47,796 nucleotides of DNA from Bacteroidota bacterium (lineage in GTDB: Bacteria > Bacteroidota > Bacteroidia > Bacteroidales > FEN-979). The stretch is from positions 1-47,796 of the forward strand of contig QYQJ01000081.1 in NCBI GenBank assembly GCA_007280875.1, written 5' to 3'. Of this stretch, positions 45,901-47,796 are shown piece by piece. A program made the translations under genes and the position numbers. Under the pieces are notes generated by a model. It was not told where the DNA came from. It ran no database searches and worked only from the letters and a program-made list of their open reading frames with translations. How positions within the stretch are numbered: position 1 is the first letter of the stretch; every line of letters starts with the position of its first letter.

Positions 45901-46021
45901 AATCATACGCCGGGAAATAGCCTGATTTGCCATTCTTCTCCCAGCGAATGGCAAAAACATCTTCCCTTCCTCGAAACAGGGATTTGAATACAGGGATATT
46001 GTGCGATGATGGTTGATCCAT
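42980..46021 (-). CDS. AEP primase-like domain (TOTE type) fused to an SF2 DEAD/DEAH helicase and an unknown C-terminal domain
   Basis: LFRGREDVFA, GIYPL, FIAADFD, ERSRSGKGGHVWLFF, DRLFPNQD...GFGNLIALPL (AEP); APPGTGKT, IVDECHH, GLTATP and QYIGRVQR (helicase). Confidence 0.85.
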   Translation of the reverse strand: MDQPSSHNIPVFKSLFRGREDVFAIRWEKNGKSGYFPAYDFDPYQFRLHKIKGGTIQTYPDKQLSALTNEQILKHLNGGHFIGIYPLLKDNTSWFIAADFDKSNWLEECRAFLKCCEEQGIPAYLERSRSGKGGHVWLFFERPYPAAKSRKIIIKLLEKIGLFSTFDKNSSFDRLFPNQDALSGKGFGNLIALPLNKFCLEKGNNCFIDPEPKRSGVRRSQSVEPYADQWEFLQRIQRVPLSLLDQLYKQYSAKADLKKDGEYQPSTDPDKITLVLDNTLRITRSGMPLPLINFLREELNFLSSEFIIKKKLGKRTWGSERYFNFIEERDDYVIIPKGMAGRLLRFCRDNHIEYDFLDERKKGAPVSFTMDVQLREHQKKALEAAARKDMGVIVAPPGTGKTIVGLKIIAEKQLPALIIVHRKQLAEQWIERIQAFLGIPKNDIGKIGQGKGKTGHIITVALIQSLSKMLDSSDSNDIKNKFGTVIVDECHHIPAESYRNTIGKLSSFYLYGLTATPFRKYNDGKLIFIHLGEIISEINAPDISTLKTAKIIVRNTDLDVPFNSKTDKFETLSKILVHDSARNRLILKDVISELTSGKKVIIITERKEHIDSLNQFLKQSYETIALSGDDPESSRIMKWKLLKEGNFQVLITTGQFFGEGIDIQHVDRLFLVYPFSFQGKLVQYIGRVQRSEISPVIYDYRDYKIDYLNKLFLKRNTYYRKLEKQASLFDEPEPDIQSGDLTVSIEEPITVNIADLEFRYGTIAFRHLIPETNQELEFEIENDQVRPEFDVLKPYFSKILKKKKVTILIQAEFQNNTLVSQLATSSDLGKINREIIEVARFRFASRFIHWSSSNKSKTNLLDIDQLQNQQDGRSSLYEFGEQLLDDLLKSKKVIHYRQLRYLAEQHESAMLKLRFVLNPFSFVFLLAGDKQYHLVMETLDTREATYLWHMDKNKQEFRNQLHVVDHQLNIIRNDGRQAFLDLQPANFSRVLHDYSDEQKGFILWKDLLEERLV

Positions 46022-46049
46022 TATTTATTTAGCAAGTGACTTAGCAACG

Positions 46050-46540
46050 TTATTTTCCTGAACGAATAATGGTTTGCAGTTTTAAAATCAGTAACGGATG
46101 ACGTTCTTTTCTTGAAAAGGGATTCATATGACTGAATACAGCCTCTTCCATTTCAGGTGTCAGAAGTGCGGTGAACTCAGATCTGAGATAGGCCAATACA
46201 CTCTCTCATGAAACCATTTATTAGCCGGGGCCCATCCTATTTCTTTGGTAGACATCACATCGACAAGAATCCCCTCGTATATGAATCGACAAACAACCGT
46301 TTCTTCGGGATCCTGATGGAACCCTTTTTTTGCCAGTGCTTGTCTTGTCTGTTCAAGTTGTCCGAGAGTTACGATTTGGAGAGCTATGTCAATATCTTTC
46401 GTCGGTCGCATCTCATCTGCAGCCGGATCATTGATATAAACACTGACAACAGATCCACCAACAAACATAGATTTCTCATTAAGATCACCCAGAGCCGTAG
46501 CAACTTCTATAATGCTTTCAGTATCAATTACTCTTCTCAT
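46050..46540 (-). pseudogene. Nucleotidyltransferase (AbiEii-like toxin) broken by an internal deletion and frameshift
   Basis: FVGGSVV...RPTKDIDI Pol-beta-type motif. After WAPANKWF a second frame gives a protein-like tail ESVLAYLRSEFTALLTPEMEEAVFSHMNPFSRKERHPLLILKLQTIIRSGK* ending at 46050. Confidence 0.7.
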
Positions 46541-46547
46541 AATTGCT

Positions 46548-47057
46548 TTATATGCGTTTTTTTAACTCTTCAATTGCCAGGGACTGCTCTCTGGCTCGAC
46601 CTATTCGTAGAGAATCGATCAAGGAAATTAATTCATAGAATTCTTCATCAGCCTTGGCTGCTTTGACCACACCTGGATGAAGCGGTTCTATTGCCTGACC
46701 TCTTAATTCGCTCAATGCATCCGGCCAAACAAAAAGTTCCTGACTTTGAATTAGTCTGTTTAGAGGAGGAGCAGAATGGGCTGTTGGCATACCCCTGACA
46801 ATGGGGCCAGGTAGTTGTGGGAAAATATATTTGAAACCATGCTCCAGGAATTCCAGAAGGGACTTCTTCATTAGTTTCTTTTTATCACTGCTGAGCAATC
46901 CGGCAAATGCTGAGCGATTCAGGGATTCACTAACCTCAGAAGGACTGATATTAAGAGAAATGGCCAAATCTTTTCCAAACCATGGCTGATCTTTCCATGA
47001 TGCAATTTTTAACAAAATGACGATATCCTGGGGCCGCATACCATTGTGTTTCTTCAT
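46548..47057 (-). CDS. Winged-HTH protein, probable antitoxin/regulator of the downstream nucleotidyltransferase
   Basis: MKKHNGMRPQDIVILLKI...DLAISLNISPSEVSESLNRS.FAGL (HTH), RGMPTAHSAPPL and DSLRIGRARE. Start re-assigned to ATG 47057. Confidence 0.75.
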   Translation of the reverse strand: MKKHNGMRPQDIVILLKIASWKDQPWFGKDLAISLNISPSEVSESLNRSAFAGLLSSDKKKLMKKSLLEFLEHGFKYIFPQLPGPIVRGMPTAHSAPPLNRLIQSQELFVWPDALSELRGQAIEPLHPGVVKAAKADEEFYELISLIDSLRIGRAREQSLAIEELKKRI

Positions 47058-47070
47058 TTCTTTTTTATTA

Positions 47071-47104
47071 ATTCGCGATTCGCGATTCGCGAATTGCAAA
47101 TATA
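47071..47104 (-). promoter_or_regulatory. Promoter with an adjacent palindromic operator
   Basis: -7 box TATATTTG (47097-47104, minus strand), followed by palindrome ATTCGCGA-T-TCGCGAAT (47078-47094) within ATTCGCG x3. Confidence 0.65.
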
Positions 47105-47128
47105 CACAATTTCTTTATCGTCAATATT

Positions 47129-47485
47129 TTATCCGGAAATTTTATCCCATGTCCTCTCCATTTCCAACTTTTTAAAATCCTCGGAGATCTTGATGTACTT
47201 GTTGAAAACGCTATCCTTTTTGTGTCCGGTAATCTCCTTGATGGTTTTCGTATTCATCCCCAGAACAATACTGTTGGTTATGAAGGTCTTCCTGGCGGTA
47301 TGGTTGGTAATCAATTTATATTTCGCTTTTGTATGTTCTTTTGCTTTACCCCCAGAGTAATCTACATAAGTAACTGGAGATTTAATTCCTGCCTCCTCGC
47401 AGCAATCCTTGATGTGGTCATTCAACTTTTGTGAGGAGAGCTTCGGTAACGGGGTATGCTCAAGATGCTCATACCTGGCGAGGAT
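47129..47485 (-). CDS. Tyrosine recombinase/integrase, C-terminal part only
   Basis: LPKLSSQKLNDHIK..CEEAGI, HTARKTFIT (HxxR), ITGHK and FNKYIK (catalytic Tyr). Confidence 0.85.
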   Translation of the reverse strand: MLARYEHLEHTPLPKLSSQKLNDHIKDCCEEAGIKSPVTYVDYSGGKAKEHTKAKYKLITNHTARKTFITNSIVLGMNTKTIKEITGHKKDSVFNKYIKISEDFKKLEMERTWDKISG

Positions 47486-47590
47486 GGCCAGGGCAATCAT
47501 CACTTCGAGCAGGGTAAAGCCGCGCCGGCAAGGCGCGCCCTGGCGGGGCCAGCGCCTAGAAATAACTGGTGCGGTAGCCGGCCAGCGCAT
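47477..47590 (-). CDS. Prepilin N-terminal fragment (MshO/GspJ-like), cut at the junction
   Basis: MRWPATAPVISRRWPRQGAPCRRG-FTLLEVMIALAILA, a type III signal peptide. Confidence 0.7.
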
Positions 47591-47795
47591 AGCTGTCGCC
47601 CTTGGGATCGGTAACGGTGACGGTGATGAGTTTTGCGGCCGTGCCGTTGAGCGTGGTCGCGGCGATACTGATGGCGACGCTGTAGCTGCCCAACCCGGCC
47701 AGCGCACTGCCCCCCGCCTGAGAATAGACCCCCACCTGGCTGTAGCCGTTGTAATCGCTGACATCGTCAAATTGCGACCGGTTGGCCTGGGTTGC
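47556..47795 (-). CDS. MshD-like minor pilin C-terminus, 5'-partial (absent from the ORF track)
   Basis: ATQANRSQFDDVSDYNGYSQ...AKLITVTVTDPKGDSYALAGYRTSYF*; GC-rich codons unlike the rest of the window. Confidence 0.7.
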   Translation of the reverse strand, partial: ATQANRSQFDDVSDYNGYSQVGVYSQAGGSALAGLGSYSVAISIAATTLNGTAAKLITVTVTDPKGDSYALAGYRTSYF

Positions 47796-47796
47796 C

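Larger units (their letters stand above)
40405..47476. mobile_element. tRNA-Leu-adjacent genomic island (putative defence island); distal end not visible
   Basis: Visibly AT-richer than the core, begins at a tRNA 3' end, and carries helicase/nuclease/toxin-antitoxin-like genes plus a tyrosine recombinase. Confidence 0.65.

Noticed and set aside
47129-47770. 213-aa ORF as a novel pilin-integrase fusion protein
   Set aside because: Composition changes sharply at the junction, the N-terminal part overlaps an MshD-like frame, and the integrase lacks its N-terminal domains. A chimera is the simpler explanation.
40380-47796. Second copy of the tRNA 3' end (att site) delimiting the island
   Set aside because: I found no repeat of the tRNA 3' sequence in the window, so the far boundary cannot be called.

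Overview
Chromosomal window from a Bacteroidota bacterium, probably an anaerobic or facultative Bacteroidales-like organism (TAnnTTTG promoter boxes, Bacteroidota-type short NuoG, sigma-70 and alpha2 GlyRS). Left to right: the 3' end of tonB; a complete hdrCBA-flxDCBA flavin-bifurcation cluster; an unannotated 32-aa membrane ORF; and a 14-subunit nuoA-N operon. The nuo operon is split between nuoH and nuoI by a ~9.7 kb antisense block: aspT-aspD, a collapsed efflux remnant, a 1732-aa cation-chloride-cotransporter/P-loop NTPase fusion and an MscS-like gene. nuoL is frameshifted. Next come ferritin-like, transglutaminase-like, Cys-rich, glyS, ydcF, pth, rplY, prs and sigma-70 genes, then tRNA-Leu(CAA) and an AT-richer putative defence island (DUF2075 helicase, AEP primase-SF2 helicase, AbiE-like pair with a broken nucleotidyltransferase, integrase C-terminus). 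The last ~310 bp are GC-rich MSHA-pilin-like DNA fused in frame to the integrase, probably an assembly chimera. Two window-wide patterns are not explained by the gene list. First, 7-11-mer tandem arrays and REP-like hairpins sit at many gene junctions and inside several ORFs in frame, and one 43-bp composite array is present twice. Second, at least four genes have collapsed by internal deletion. All family assignments come from motif recognition by eye; no searches were run.
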